Assembly (NCBI GenBank): GCA_003021725.1
Contig: PXRA01000065.1
Location: 118 to 64,117, forward strand
Origin: Halobacteriales archaeon QH_8_64_26
Lineage (GTDB): Archaea > Halobacteriota > Halobacteria > Halobacteriales > Halococcaceae
Reading direction: 5' to 3'
DNA length: 64,000 nucleotides
The notes under the pieces were generated by a model, which saw nothing but the letters and a program-made list of their open reading frames with translations, did not search any database and was not told the DNA's origin. A program made the position numbers and the translations under genes. Below are positions 1-10,038 of the stretch, piece by piece (position 1 is the first letter of the stretch; the number at the start of each line of letters is the position of its first letter).

Positions 1-690
1 CCCCTTGACGCGATACGACGCGTGTGAGCGAACGCGAGGACTCCTCGGAAAACGCGCCGAACGGGGAGCGACGACCGGGCTCGAAACCGGAGTCATCGGC
101 GGACGGATCCGGCGAGGGACAATAATCGCCGTTCTGACGGCCCGCTCGGACCGTCGCCGCTCTGGCCGTTCCTGCCGATCGCCCGATCCGCAGGCCGGCG
201 GTAAGGGTCGTCGTCCCCGCTTTGCGCACTCGATATGCCGGGACTTCGACCGAGAACGGCCGGATGAAATTCCCCCGACCCGAGCGGTACAAACACGACT
301 GGTCGGAGAGCGACCCTGAGGAGGGCCAAAGGCGACTCAGTCTGGTCATCAGTTTCGTCTTCGTAACCCCGAGTTAGCACGCGCCGCCACCAGCACCGCC
401 CACAGCACCAGCGCCAGCGCAACTCGCCGCGCTCGCTCTCGTTTCCCCAGTGGCGGCCGGTCCGGCAACAACGATGGCCGCATCGTTCGTTCGGTTGCAA
501 TCCTTGCACCCGTCCCATGCGACCGGGGCGATCTCGTTATCGATATCGGAACGGTTGTTCAGTTCCTATCAGTGCTACTGACTAGAGTTAGCAAGGACCG
601 AGGGAGGCATTTCCCGTTAGGTAAGTGTTCGTCCCTGAGACCAAGCATGCCACGGGAGTTTTATTCGCGCGGACACAGAGGAGCCGTGAG

Positions 691-1809
691 ATGGCGACGG
701 GACTCCGGTCGCTTCACGCGCGGTATCCGTACTTCGAGGACAGCCGCGAGGCAGTCCGGAACGCCGAGGTCTCGCTGGCGGCGGCAGCCCGCGACGAGGC
801 GATCACCGACCGCGCGCTCGACCGGATCGAGAGCGCGCTAACGGACAGGACGATCGGGGAGCCCGAGTATGGAACGCGAACCGAACTGCTGTCCTATCCG
901 ATCGCGCGCGTGCTCGTCTCGCTGGTCGACCAGCCGGTACTCGTCCACCGCTACGCCCGTGCGGAAGCCACGGCCGCCCGCGAGCGCTTCGCGAGCGACC
1001 TCGGCCGGCGGGACCTCAAAAGCGCCCCCGACAGCGGGCTCACGATCGAGGACCTACTCGCCGAGTTCGATCTCGACGAGGAGGTTCGCGAGGCAAGCGA
1101 GGGGGGGGCGTCCGGGCGGAACAACGGCTACGAGACGAGCGTTTCGGCGTACCTCTCGCTCACGACCGATCGCCGCGAGGACGAGTGGCGGCTGGTCAAC
1201 CGCCGCCTCGCCGACGGCTGGGTAGCGCTCACGCGGGAGGAACTCCTCGCGCTGTTCGGCGAGGCGGTCAGACAGCGGGTGACGAGCGGGCTGCCCCTCT
1301 CGGTCCCCGAGGAGATCGGCGGAGCGCTCGAAGACGCCGAAGCGACGATCCGAGAGCGCCTCGCCGAGACGGATCTGATCCGGGACATCGATACGGTCGT
1401 ACCCGAACTCTTCCCGCCCTGTATGCAGTACCTGCTCGATCAGGTCCAAAAAGGCGAGCACCTAGAACACCACTCGCGATTCGCGATCACGGCCTTCCTT
1501 TCGAATATCGGGATGGAGACCGACGACATCGTTTCCCTGTATATGGTGAATCCGGGCTTCGGCGAGGAGATCACCCGCTATCAGACCGATCACATCAAGG
1601 GGGAAACGAGCCCGACCGAGTACTCGACGCCGGCCTGTGCGACGATGCAATCCTACGGGGATTGTGTCAACATGGACGATCGCTGTGAGACCATCTCTCA
1701 CCCGATGGCCTACTACGAGGACGCACTCGACGACGCCGACGAGGACGCGCTCACCGATTGGCGAGCCCGCGAGAGCGAAACTGGAGCCGAGGCCGAGGCG
1801 GGGGAGTGA
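691..1809 (+). CDS. priL: DNA primase large subunit PriL
   Basis: ORF 625..1809. The internal ATG at 691 gives MATGLRSLHARYPYF. The C-terminal half has the PriL Fe-S pattern (PPCM..., HHSRFAITAFL, YSTPACATM...C). Confidence 0.85.
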   Translation: MATGLRSLHARYPYFEDSREAVRNAEVSLAAAARDEAITDRALDRIESALTDRTIGEPEYGTRTELLSYPIARVLVSLVDQPVLVHRYARAEATAARERFASDLGRRDLKSAPDSGLTIEDLLAEFDLDEEVREASEGGASGRNNGYETSVSAYLSLTTDRREDEWRLVNRRLADGWVALTREELLALFGEAVRQRVTSGLPLSVPEEIGGALEDAEATIRERLAETDLIRDIDTVVPELFPPCMQYLLDQVQKGEHLEHHSRFAITAFLSNIGMETDDIVSLYMVNPGFGEEITRYQTDHIKGETSPTEYSTPACATMQSYGDCVNMDDRCETISHPMAYYEDALDDADEDALTDWRARESETGAEAEAGE

Positions 1810-2390
1810 GAGGGAACGGAGCTCCCACATCGGCCCGCGCCGTCTCCGCAAACCGAATCCTTGTTCTCCGCGCGCTCCTCTCGGCGATCGGATTCAATCA
1901 TGGGAGCAACAGCTTACAGGAACTCTTCGAGCACGAACTGGGCGACATCTACTTCGCCGAACACCGGATGGTAGACGCTTACGAGGAGTTCGCCTCGAAC
2001 ACGAACGACCAACGGCTAACCGACCTGTTCGAGGAGCACCGCGAGCAGGTCGGCGAGCACATCGAGCGCCTCGTCCAGATCTTCGATACGATGGGCGAAC
2101 CCCCACAGGAAGAGGAGTGTCTCGGCATCGAGGGGCTGCTCGCCGAGTACGACGAGTTCGAGGGCAAGGATCCCGACCCGAGCGCGCTCGACCTCTATAA
2201 CGTGACCACGGCTGGCAAGACCCAGCGCTACGAGATCAGCGCCTACGAGAGCCTCGTCGAGGTCGCGAAAGCACTCGGCAACGAGGAGGCAGCCGACCTC
2301 CTGCGCGAGACGATCGAGGAGGAACAGGAGACCCTCGAGCAGCTACAGGAACAGGGCGCGACCTTTGATTACGGCTCGATCCCGGCCTGA
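1806..2390 (+). CDS. DUF892 / YciE-YciF ferritin-like protein (start uncertain)
   Basis: SLQELFEHELGDIYFAEHRMVDAYEEF... matches the DUF892 four-helix family. The only canonical in-frame starts are GTG 1806 and 1758. An ATG at 1900 sits one base out of frame (see finding). Confidence 0.75.
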   Translation: MRGNGAPTSARAVSANRILVLRALLSAIGFNHGSNSLQELFEHELGDIYFAEHRMVDAYEEFASNTNDQRLTDLFEEHREQVGEHIERLVQIFDTMGEPPQEEECLGIEGLLAEYDEFEGKDPDPSALDLYNVTTAGKTQRYEISAYESLVEVAKALGNEEAADLLRETIEEEQETLEQLQEQGATFDYGSIPA

Positions 2391-2504
2391 GAGGGCTCGG
2401 ATCGGGAGAGTCCTTCGTTTTCGTAGCGGAAGAACGGTGCGTGCGGACCTGCCGAACGGGCGCTATCGAGCGGCGACCCTCTGGACGGTCGAGAGGGGCG
2501 GCGA

Positions 2505-2702
2505 CTACTTCCTGCCCGAGAGCCAGTAGCCGACCCCGGCCATCGTGAGAACGAACAGCGCGATGGCACCGATAAGCGCGAAAGCACCTTGTCCGGCGAG
2601 GGAGGGGAAAACCACGCCGATCGCGACGATCAGCACGACGAACACCCCGACGGCGGCGGTCGAGACGAGCGCCTCGATCACCGCCTCCCGCTCTACGTCC
2701 AT
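2505..2702 (-). CDS. small two-TM membrane protein
   Basis: 65-aa ORF with two hydrophobic spans (AVGVFVVLIVAIGVVF, GAIALFVLTMAGVGYW) in the gap before the helicase start. Confidence 0.5.
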   Translation of the reverse strand: MDVEREAVIEALVSTAAVGVFVVLIVAIGVVFPSLAGQGAFALIGAIALFVLTMAGVGYWLSGRK

Positions 2703-2955
2703 ATACCGCGATTCCGCCGGTCTCCCTCAAAAGCGCTTCGAAGGCCGCTCTCAGGGAGCTGGACCGAACACTCGTTCACCTCGATGTCCGATGGCGGTCT
2801 CCGATCGTCGCTCGCTGCCTACCGCCTGCCGGTCGTCGCTCGACGGTTCGGTTCGACCGTCGGCTCCCGAGAGCGTTTCTATCGGCTACCCGACTCCGGG
2901 TCACTCAAATACTTCGGCGGCCTACCCGAGGGTAGTGTCACAGCAGGTCTCGAGG

Positions 2956-5004
2956 GTGGACACGCTCTTCTGTCACGAACGCGGCGGCGAGTACTCGGTC
3001 GCCGCGATCCGCAGCGGCGAGCGCGTCCTGCAGGCAGTGCTTACGCTCAACGAGACCTCCGCGGGGCCACGCCCGGGCAAGTTCCGCGTGAAGGACGGGT
3101 CGAACGAACGGCCCCGCCGGCCCGATACCTTCGTCGAAATCGCCCGCCGTGCCGATCGCATCCGGGTCTCCGAGCAGACCTCCGCGGCGGGACGGGCGGA
3201 GCTACGCGAGATGTTCGCGGGCTACCAGCTCGAGGGGAGCCTAAAGACCGTCCGGACCTGCCGGCTCTGTGCCCAGCAGGGCCGATACTCGCCGATCACG
3301 AGCGAGACCGCGATCGAGCGAAACGGGGAGCAGATCTGTCCGGACTGTGCCCGCCGGGAGCTAGAGCGGGAAGCGGGCTACCGGGGGCTGACCGCCGCCG
3401 CCCGCGAGCGCCTCGAAGAACTCCTCTTGGAGGTGGGGGACTTCGATCGGATCGTCACCCTTCTCTCGGGGAATCTCGACGGCGACCTCACGAAGTTCGA
3501 CGAGATGAGCGCCACCACAGAGGCCGTCGACCCAGTACAGGTATCGGATCTCGATCTCCACCCGGCGGTCGCCGATCGCTTCGCCGATCGGTTCGATTCG
3601 CTGCTTCCGGTTCAGAGCCTCGCCGTCGAGAACGGCCTCATGGAGGGCCGGAACCAGCTCGTCGTGAGCGCGACCGCGACGGGAAAAACCCTGATCGGCG
3701 AACTCGCCGGGATCGACCGCGCCGTGCGGGGCGAGGGCAAGATGCTGTTCCTCGTGCCGCTGGTCGCGCTCGCGAACCAGAAACACGACGATTTCGAGGA
3801 CGACTACGGCGATCTGGTCGACGTGACGGTCAGGGTCGGGGCGAGCCGGATTCGGGGAAGCGGCGCTCGCTTCGATCGGGAAGCCGACGTGATCGTCGGC
3901 ACCTACGAGGGCATCGATCACGCCCTGCGGACCGGCAAGGATCTCGGCGAGATCGGCACCGTGGTGATCGACGAGGTACACGGCATCGCGAACGGCGAGC
4001 GGGGCAATCGTTTGGACGGGCTGATCTCCCGGCTCCGGCACTACTGCGAGACCGCACCGGCGGCCGCGAACGGGACCGGCGACGGGACGACCGGCACCCA
4101 GTGGCTCTATCTCTCGGCAACGGTCGGAAACCCCGAGTGGCTCGCCGGGCAACTCGGCGCGACCCTCGTCGAGTTCGAGGAACGGCCCGTCCCGATCGAG
4201 CGCCACGTTACCTTTCTGGACGGGCAGGAGAAACCCGACGTGGCCGATCGGCTGGTGAGTACGGAATTCGACCGGGAGTCCTCGAAAGGCTACCGGGGCC
4301 AGACGATAATCTTCACCAACTCCCGGCGGCGCTGTCACGAACTCGCCCGCCGGATCGAGTACGACGCCGCCCCCTACCACGCAGGGTTGGATTACGGCGA
4401 GCGAAAGGACATCGAACACCGGTTCGGCGAGGGTGATCTGGCCGCCGTCGTCACCACCGCAGCGCTCGCCGCAGGGGTCGATTTCCCCGCCTCGCAGGTG
4501 ATCTTCGACGCGCTTGCGATGGGTATCGAGTGGCTCAGTGTGCAAGAATTTCATCAGATGCTCGGGCGGGCGGGTCGGCCGGACTATCACGATCGGGGCG
4601 TGGTCTACCTGCTCGTCGAACCCGACGGGACCTATCATTCGAGTTCCGAGCGCACCGAGGACGAGGTGGCCTTCGGGTTACTCAAAGGGGAAATGGAGCC
4701 GGTGACCGCCCGGATCGAGGAGGAGGCTGCGGTCGAAGAAACGCTCGCGAACGTCGTAGTCGGGGGCAACCGAGCGAAGACGCTCGATGATCGAATGATC
4801 GCCGCGATGCCCACCGAGCGGGCCGTGGGACGCTTGCTAGAATACGGGTTCATCGATGGCCTCTCGCCGACGCCGCTCGGCCGGGCGGTGACCGAACACT
4901 TCCTCTCGCCGACAGCGGCTTTCACCATGCTCGATGGTATCAGGAAGAGCTCCGATCCGGTAGATATCCTCGCCGAAATCGAACTGCTGGGCGAGGAGGA
5001 GTAG
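2956..5004 (+). CDS. Ski2-like DEAD/DEAH helicase with N-terminal CxxC...CxxC zinc ribbon (ASH-Ski2-like)
   Basis: In ORF 2545..5004. GTG at 2956 precedes VDTLFCHERGG. Motifs: CRLC-x21-CPDC, SATATGKT (Walker A), DEVH, LSATVGN, QMLGRAGRP. Sequence upstream of 2956 overlaps the antisense membrane ORF and is not protein-like. Confidence 0.85.
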   Translation: MDTLFCHERGGEYSVAAIRSGERVLQAVLTLNETSAGPRPGKFRVKDGSNERPRRPDTFVEIARRADRIRVSEQTSAAGRAELREMFAGYQLEGSLKTVRTCRLCAQQGRYSPITSETAIERNGEQICPDCARRELEREAGYRGLTAAARERLEELLLEVGDFDRIVTLLSGNLDGDLTKFDEMSATTEAVDPVQVSDLDLHPAVADRFADRFDSLLPVQSLAVENGLMEGRNQLVVSATATGKTLIGELAGIDRAVRGEGKMLFLVPLVALANQKHDDFEDDYGDLVDVTVRVGASRIRGSGARFDREADVIVGTYEGIDHALRTGKDLGEIGTVVIDEVHGIANGERGNRLDGLISRLRHYCETAPAAANGTGDGTTGTQWLYLSATVGNPEWLAGQLGATLVEFEERPVPIERHVTFLDGQEKPDVADRLVSTEFDRESSKGYRGQTIIFTNSRRRCHELARRIEYDAAPYHAGLDYGERKDIEHRFGEGDLAAVVTTAALAAGVDFPASQVIFDALAMGIEWLSVQEFHQMLGRAGRPDYHDRGVVYLLVEPDGTYHSSSERTEDEVAFGLLKGEMEPVTARIEEEAAVEETLANVVVGGNRAKTLDDRMIAAMPTERAVGRLLEYGFIDGLSPTPLGRAVTEHFLSPTAAFTMLDGIRKSSDPVDILAEIELLGEEE

Positions 5005-5119
5005 GGCCGGTCCCGGGTAGCCCGACCGCCGGGAGGTCCCCAGGCCCCGAACGCGGTGGTCGACCGACGTAGAGATGGCGATCCGGTGGGTTTGTTACCG
5101 TTCGGGTAGTAAGGGAGGT

Positions 5120-5521
5120 ATGGACGAGCAACCGGGATTGAGCGAGCAATACCGCCGGGTGAGCGCGTGGCCGCTGTTCATCGCGCTCGGGCTGCCGATC
5201 GCCGAGATTGGCGTGTTGTTCGGCCTCGTCCCTATCGCCATCGGCGGGTTGTTGCTGTTCGTCGGTTCGATCGCCGGCATCGTCCAGGAGTCGGGCTACG
5301 TCGAGCGACCCTGGAACCTGCTTGCCGGGCTCGGGGGAGCGCTCGTCGTACTGGGCGCGGCCCTAGCGCTCTCACAGCTTCCGGGGTTCTCGCCCGGGGC
5401 CGTCCTCGCAGCGCTCGGCTCGAACGGTCTGGTCGTCCGCGGCGTGTCGATCGTCGTCGCCGGCGTGATCGCCCTCGGCGTCGGCGGTGCCGCCCGCTTC
5501 GTGGAGCAGGAACCGATCTGA
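5120..5521 (+). CDS. multi-TM membrane protein next to cox genes
   Basis: ATG at 5120 (MDEQPGLSEQYRR) followed by about four hydrophobic helices. Same strand as coxA and directly upstream of it. Confidence 0.6.
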   Translation: MDEQPGLSEQYRRVSAWPLFIALGLPIAEIGVLFGLVPIAIGGLLLFVGSIAGIVQESGYVERPWNLLAGLGGALVVLGAALALSQLPGFSPGAVLAALGSNGLVVRGVSIVVAGVIALGVGGAARFVEQEPI

Positions 5522-5651
5522 GCGAGCGATCCGAACCAAACGGGCGACGGGCGGACGGATAACCGATCCGGACGGCGAGCGAGCGGACGGCAGCACTCAC
5601 ATACTTCAACCAACAGCCTATTGATCCCCCTCGGCAAAGCTCAGGCCAACG

Positions 5652-6176
5652 ATGGCAGACGGTACTGGCACCCAAGGGACCGACCGCATCTTCGATCGGG
5701 AGACACTCCTCGACCTCACGGTCAACATCATCCCGCTCGGCATCATCCTCTTTTTCGTCGTTCTGTTCCTGGCGTTTCGCCCCTTCGGCGTCGATCCCGT
5801 TGCGACGGTGATCAGTATGGGGCTGTTGGTCATCCCCTTCGCGGCGCTCGCGGTTCTGACCTACTTCGCCGGGAAGGTGATCACTGAGGCCGAACGCTAC
5901 GGTGAGTCCGGAACCGCCGAGGACGTCGCCGAGACCGCGATCGGCGTCGGCGAGGGGACGCCGGACGGGGACGGAAGTGATGGGGACAGCGAAGCGGACG
6001 GCCGGACGGATCACCCTTCGACCGCAGCCGGCGGCACCGCAGCGCCGTCGGGAGCCGGTACCGACAGGGCACAGCGGACGGGATCGGGCGATGAGAAGAA
6101 CGGAAACGGGCAAGAGGGAGCCGGGCCCGATGCCGCCGAGGAAGCGGCCGACGAGACGGAATCCGAAAGCGAGTAG
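5652..6176 (+). CDS. membrane protein with acidic low-complexity tail, next to cox genes
   Basis: Two TM helices (IIPLGIILFFVVLFLAF, VISMGLLVIPFAALAVLTYF) followed by a D/E/G-rich tail. Confidence 0.6.
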   Translation: MADGTGTQGTDRIFDRETLLDLTVNIIPLGIILFFVVLFLAFRPFGVDPVATVISMGLLVIPFAALAVLTYFAGKVITEAERYGESGTAEDVAETAIGVGEGTPDGDGSDGDSEADGRTDHPSTAAGGTAAPSGAGTDRAQRTGSGDEKNGNGQEGAGPDAAEEAADETESESE

Positions 6177-6287
6177 ATCGAGCTGAAAAGGGTCATCGAC
6201 GCTCGTTGTGCGGTGTTCTTGCCGGGTCGAACCCGGCGACGGAAGCCGAACCTAAGGGTTCTTTAGCTCGCAGAAACAAATCGAGAT

Positions 6288-8126
6288 ATGGCAAGCGAGC
6301 AGATCGCGTTGACGCTGTTGATGGGGGCGTTACTCGTCGGCGTCGTCGCGTTCATAACCCGAGTCGAGGACTGGCGGTCGTATACGCCACTGGCCGGCGG
6401 TGGCGGCGGAACCGCCGAGGAATCGGGCTACGCACAGGACGAAAAGCCCGGCGGCCTCGTTCGCTGGCTAACGACTGTTGACCACAAGGACATCGGGATG
6501 CTCTACGGAACGTATGCTATCGTCACGTTCACCGTCGGCGGAGCGATGGTGATGATCATGCGGACCGAGCTTCTGGACCCAGCTGCGACGCTGATCAGCG
6601 CTCAGCTCTACAACGGCTTGTTGACGAGCCACGGGATCACGATGCTATTCCTATTCGGGACGCCGATCATCGCTGCGTTCGCGAATTACTTCGTGCCCCT
6701 GATCATCGGCGCGGATGACATGGCCTTCCCCCGGGTCAACGCGATCGCCTTCTGGTTGCTCCCGCCAGGGGCCGTACTCATCTGGGCCGGCTTCTTCGTT
6801 CCCGGGCTCGCCCCCGCTCAGACCGGCTGGACGATGTACGCGCCCCTTTCGGTCGGTGTCGGCGCTGGCACGCAGGGCGGCGCTGGCGTCGATCTCATGC
6901 TGCTTGGACTCCATCTCACCGGCGTCTCGGCGACGATGGGTGCGATCAACTTCATCGCGACCATCTTTATCGAGCGCGCGGAGGACTGCACGTGGGCGAA
7001 CCTCGACATCTTCTCCTGGACGATCCTCACCCAGTCAGGTCTCATTCTCTTTGCGTTCCCGCTGCTCGGTAGCGCGCTCGTCATGTTGCTTCTGGATCGG
7101 AACTTCGGCACCGCCTTCTTCGCGGTCGAGGGGGGCTCGCCGCTCCTCTGGCAGCACCTCTTCTGGTTCTTCGGTCACCCCGAGGTCTACATTCTCTTCT
7201 TGCCGCCGGCCGGGCTGATCAGCCTCATCCTCCCCAAGTTCAGCGGCCGAAAGCTGTTCGGGTTCAAGTTCGTCGTCTATTCGACGCTCGCGATCGGGGT
7301 GCTTTCCTTCGGCGTCTGGGCCCACCACATGTTCTCTACCGGTATCGATCCCCGGATCCGCGCGAGCTTCATGGCCGTCTCGCTTGCCATCGCGATTCCA
7401 AGCGCCGTGAAGGTCTTCAATTGGATCACGACGATGTGGAGCGGCCGGGTTCGGCTTACCGCGCCGATGCTTTTCTGTATCGGGACGATCAGTAACTTCA
7501 TCATCGGCGGCATTACTGGGGTGTTTCTCGCGGCGATCCCCGTAGATCTCGTGCTCCACGACACCTACTACGTGGTCGGCCATTTCCATTACATCGTCAT
7601 GGGTGTGCTCGGGTTCATGACCTTCGCGGGCCTGTACTACTGGTTCCCGATCTTCACGGGAAAGATGTACCAGCGCACGCTCGCGAAGTGGCACTTCTGG
7701 CTCACCTTCGTCGGCACGCAATTCACGTTCTTCGCGATGTTGCTACTGGGTTACCTCGGGATGCCCCGACGGTACGCAACCTATGACTTCCCGATCGGAC
7801 CGGTCGATCCGGTGACCGCACTCCATCAGGTCGCAACCCTTGGAGCCTTCCTCATCGCGATCGGGTTCGTCATCCACATCTGGAACTTCATCCAGTCCTG
7901 GTCGGAGGGCCCGGTCCTCGACGACGAGGACCCCTGGGATCTAAAGGAGATCAACCAGTACACCAGGGAGTGGCGGTGGCACAGCCGCCGCCTCGAAACG
8001 ACGATCGCCGACGGTAGCGGCGAGGAAGACTCGGATGGAGAGGGCGAGCGGGACCTCGCGACCGACGGCGGTCAGGACACGGACGAATCGGACGACTCGG
8101 AGAACGTCGAGAGCACCGATTCGTAA
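6288..8126 (+). CDS. coxA: heme-copper (cytochrome c) oxidase subunit I
   Basis: WFFGHPEVYILFLPP, WAHHMF and HDTYYVVGHFHY signatures with 12+ TM helices. Ends in a ~45-aa D/E/S-rich C-terminal tail. Confidence 0.95.
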   Translation: MASEQIALTLLMGALLVGVVAFITRVEDWRSYTPLAGGGGGTAEESGYAQDEKPGGLVRWLTTVDHKDIGMLYGTYAIVTFTVGGAMVMIMRTELLDPAATLISAQLYNGLLTSHGITMLFLFGTPIIAAFANYFVPLIIGADDMAFPRVNAIAFWLLPPGAVLIWAGFFVPGLAPAQTGWTMYAPLSVGVGAGTQGGAGVDLMLLGLHLTGVSATMGAINFIATIFIERAEDCTWANLDIFSWTILTQSGLILFAFPLLGSALVMLLLDRNFGTAFFAVEGGSPLLWQHLFWFFGHPEVYILFLPPAGLISLILPKFSGRKLFGFKFVVYSTLAIGVLSFGVWAHHMFSTGIDPRIRASFMAVSLAIAIPSAVKVFNWITTMWSGRVRLTAPMLFCIGTISNFIIGGITGVFLAAIPVDLVLHDTYYVVGHFHYIVMGVLGFMTFAGLYYWFPIFTGKMYQRTLAKWHFWLTFVGTQFTFFAMLLLGYLGMPRRYATYDFPIGPVDPVTALHQVATLGAFLIAIGFVIHIWNFIQSWSEGPVLDDEDPWDLKEINQYTREWRWHSRRLETTIADGSGEEDSDGEGERDLATDGGQDTDESDDSENVESTDS

Positions 8127-8347
8127 GACGCGGAACGCCGAACACAGTTCCCCGAGGCGGATCGGCTCCGTCCTGTTCCATCGGCACGACGGCAATCAAC
8201 CGCTTTTTCCGCGCGCTTGACAGGCGTTTCCCGGCCGAAGAGTAGGATCGACAGCGACAGGGTGAACCGGCGGTCGGGAGTCACGGTGTGATCGGCGGGC
8301 GGTATCGAGGCGTCGGCCGAGCGACCGGGGATCGAGCAGTGGGTTGC

Positions 8348-8443
8348 TCAGCCCAATACCAGAACGAACCCGGTCACGAACATGAACATTGCGAGGCCGA
8401 CGAGGACGAGCAGAAAGAGCGTCTTCTCCGACATGGCCGACAT
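8348..8443 (-). CDS. candidate 31-aa single-TM micro-protein
   Basis: Read by hand; too short for the ORF track. ATG TCG GCC ATG TCG GAG AAG ... TGA gives MSAMSEKTLFLLVLVGLAMFMFVTGFVLVLG. A second ATG is at 8434. Confidence 0.3.
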   Translation of the reverse strand: MSAMSEKTLFLLVLVGLAMFMFVTGFVLVLG

Positions 8444-8493
8444 AGGCCCCGTGGCATGAAAAGGCTGATCCCCGGCAGTGATCTACCGAAAAC

Positions 8494-8766
8494 GTGGCAG
8501 AGAACACCGAGGGAAACCAGGGGTTTCGACCGCGAGGGAGTCAGGTGGTTATCGCTCTCTACGTCCTCGTCGTCGCCGTCACCGGGCTGACCGGCTATCT
8601 GTTGGGCTCGATCGGCCCCGACGGGATGCGCCCGGTGGCGCTGTTCGGCCTTATCACGCTCCCGCCGACGCCGATCGGCCTCGCGATCTACGGCGTCGTG
8701 ACCCTTGGCGTGGGGCTCGGCGTTGCCCTCGGACTCGTCGTGTTCGTCTCGCGCCGGTACGCCTGA
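8494..8766 (+). CDS. small membrane protein (3 TM)
   Basis: 90-aa ORF with hydrophobic helices (VVIALYVLVVAVTGLTGYLLG, GLAIYGVVTLGVGLGVALGLVVFV). Confidence 0.55.
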   Translation: MAENTEGNQGFRPRGSQVVIALYVLVVAVTGLTGYLLGSIGPDGMRPVALFGLITLPPTPIGLAIYGVVTLGVGLGVALGLVVFVSRRYA

Positions 8767-8870
8767 GCCGACCGCCCGCCGTCGGCGGGGCGGGAGTCTG
8801 GCCCGAGTCGATCGGAAGCCAATTGTCCTTTGCGGCAGTACCAACCCGCCGACGCGGGGGGAGACACAGT

Positions 8871-9971
8871 ATGAAAGCGATCTGTGCGGACGGCACCGAG
8901 ATCGAGTGCGAGAACTTCAAAGCTATCGACAGCGGGGTCCTGCTGACCAAAGACCGGAAGCGGAACAAAGTCATCGGGTTCGTTCCGAACGACGATCTCC
9001 GGTACGTCGTGCCTGAAGACGCCGAGACGGAACACGAGCGCGATGTCGAAGCACGGACGGGTCGGCGCGAGCGCTCCGAGGCGGATCGAGGGCTATCGGA
9101 GCGCGAACGGGAGGGCGAACGAGAGGAAATAGCCGCTCTCCGGGGGCGACTCGACCGTCTCGAAGCACGGGTCGAGCTCTCGGCGACCGATCACGCCGAG
9201 CGTACCGGACGATCGATGTCAACGGCGACGACCGAAAATCGGGGTCGAGACATCGGGGAGGGACGTGGAAGCGAATCCGAAACGGACGATAGGCTCGACG
9301 CGCTCGATGCAGCCGAGGCGGTAGCCGAGGGGACGCGAGCCGAACCCACACCCGACTCCGAGACCGAACTCCTGCCCGGGTCCGGCGACGGCGAAAGCGA
9401 CGAGAAAAACAGGAACGAGAGCGAACGCGGGACGAGCCGGAACCGAACGCCAGCGAGCACTACGGAATCGAACGCCGGCACCGACGCCGATACCGAAACC
9501 GAGACGGGAACCGGAACCGAGCGAATCGGGACGAGCGGCTTCGATCCGGTCGCGGTGGTAGCCGAGCAACGGGAGCGCGAAGGGCGATCGCACCGTCCCG
9601 AGCGAAGCGAAGGCGAAGCGGGAGCCGACACCGGAACGATCGATATCGGTCGATCGGACCCCGTCGCGACTATCGCTCGACAGGGTGAGAAATCGATGGC
9701 AGGAAAGGACGACGAGGACGACCGGGACGAAGCCGGGAGCCCGGTGCCGGGCACCGAGGGCGACGACCGCGGAGAAGGGAGAGACCCGGAAGCCGAACTC
9801 CAGCGCGTCGACGGGCTCGGCCCGACGTACGCGGATCGCCTCACCGGAACCGGCATCGAGACGCTGGCCGATCTGGAGGAAGCGACCTCCGAGGACGTGG
9901 CCTCGATCGCGGAGGTAAGCGAGTCCCGCGCCGAGGAGTGGATCGAGCAAGCCGGCGAACTACCCGCCTGA
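8871..9971 (+). CDS. acidic protein with C-terminal helix-hairpin-helix domain
   Basis: ATG at 8871 (MKAICADGTEIECENFKAIDSG) in ORF 8478..9971. Contains a coiled-coil-like EEIAALRGRLDRLEARVE and a long D/E/T/G disordered linker. The C-terminus GLGPTYADRLTGTGIETLADL is HhH-like. Confidence 0.7.
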   Translation: MKAICADGTEIECENFKAIDSGVLLTKDRKRNKVIGFVPNDDLRYVVPEDAETEHERDVEARTGRRERSEADRGLSEREREGEREEIAALRGRLDRLEARVELSATDHAERTGRSMSTATTENRGRDIGEGRGSESETDDRLDALDAAEAVAEGTRAEPTPDSETELLPGSGDGESDEKNRNESERGTSRNRTPASTTESNAGTDADTETETGTGTERIGTSGFDPVAVVAEQREREGRSHRPERSEGEAGADTGTIDIGRSDPVATIARQGEKSMAGKDDEDDRDEAGSPVPGTEGDDRGEGRDPEAELQRVDGLGPTYADRLTGTGIETLADLEEATSEDVASIAEVSESRAEEWIEQAGELPA

Positions 9972-10038
9972 CGGTGCTTCGAGAAAGGATCCTGAACCGT
10001 CCCGGACCGATCGACGGGCGTCGGCGAAGGGGCTCCGG

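Noticed and set aside
5-518. ORFs 5..319 (+) and 93..518 (-) at the window start.
   Set aside because: Mostly R/G-rich. Only a possible signal-peptide ORF (349..483, minus) joined by a homopolymer frameshift looks gene-like, which is too weak to call as a feature.
3361-4638. 425-aa ORF antisense to the helicase gene; also the 615-aa alternative-frame ORF 2589..4436.
   Set aside because: R/G/P-rich, no motifs, fully overlapped by a motif-rich helicase frame. These are typical high-GC shadow ORFs.
9200-9700. Possible tandem or CRISPR-like repetition in the GAA/GAC/ACC-rich stretches (also 49480..49680 and 63480..63650).
   Set aside because: These are in-frame low-complexity D/E/T/G coding linkers without regular repeat-spacer periodicity.
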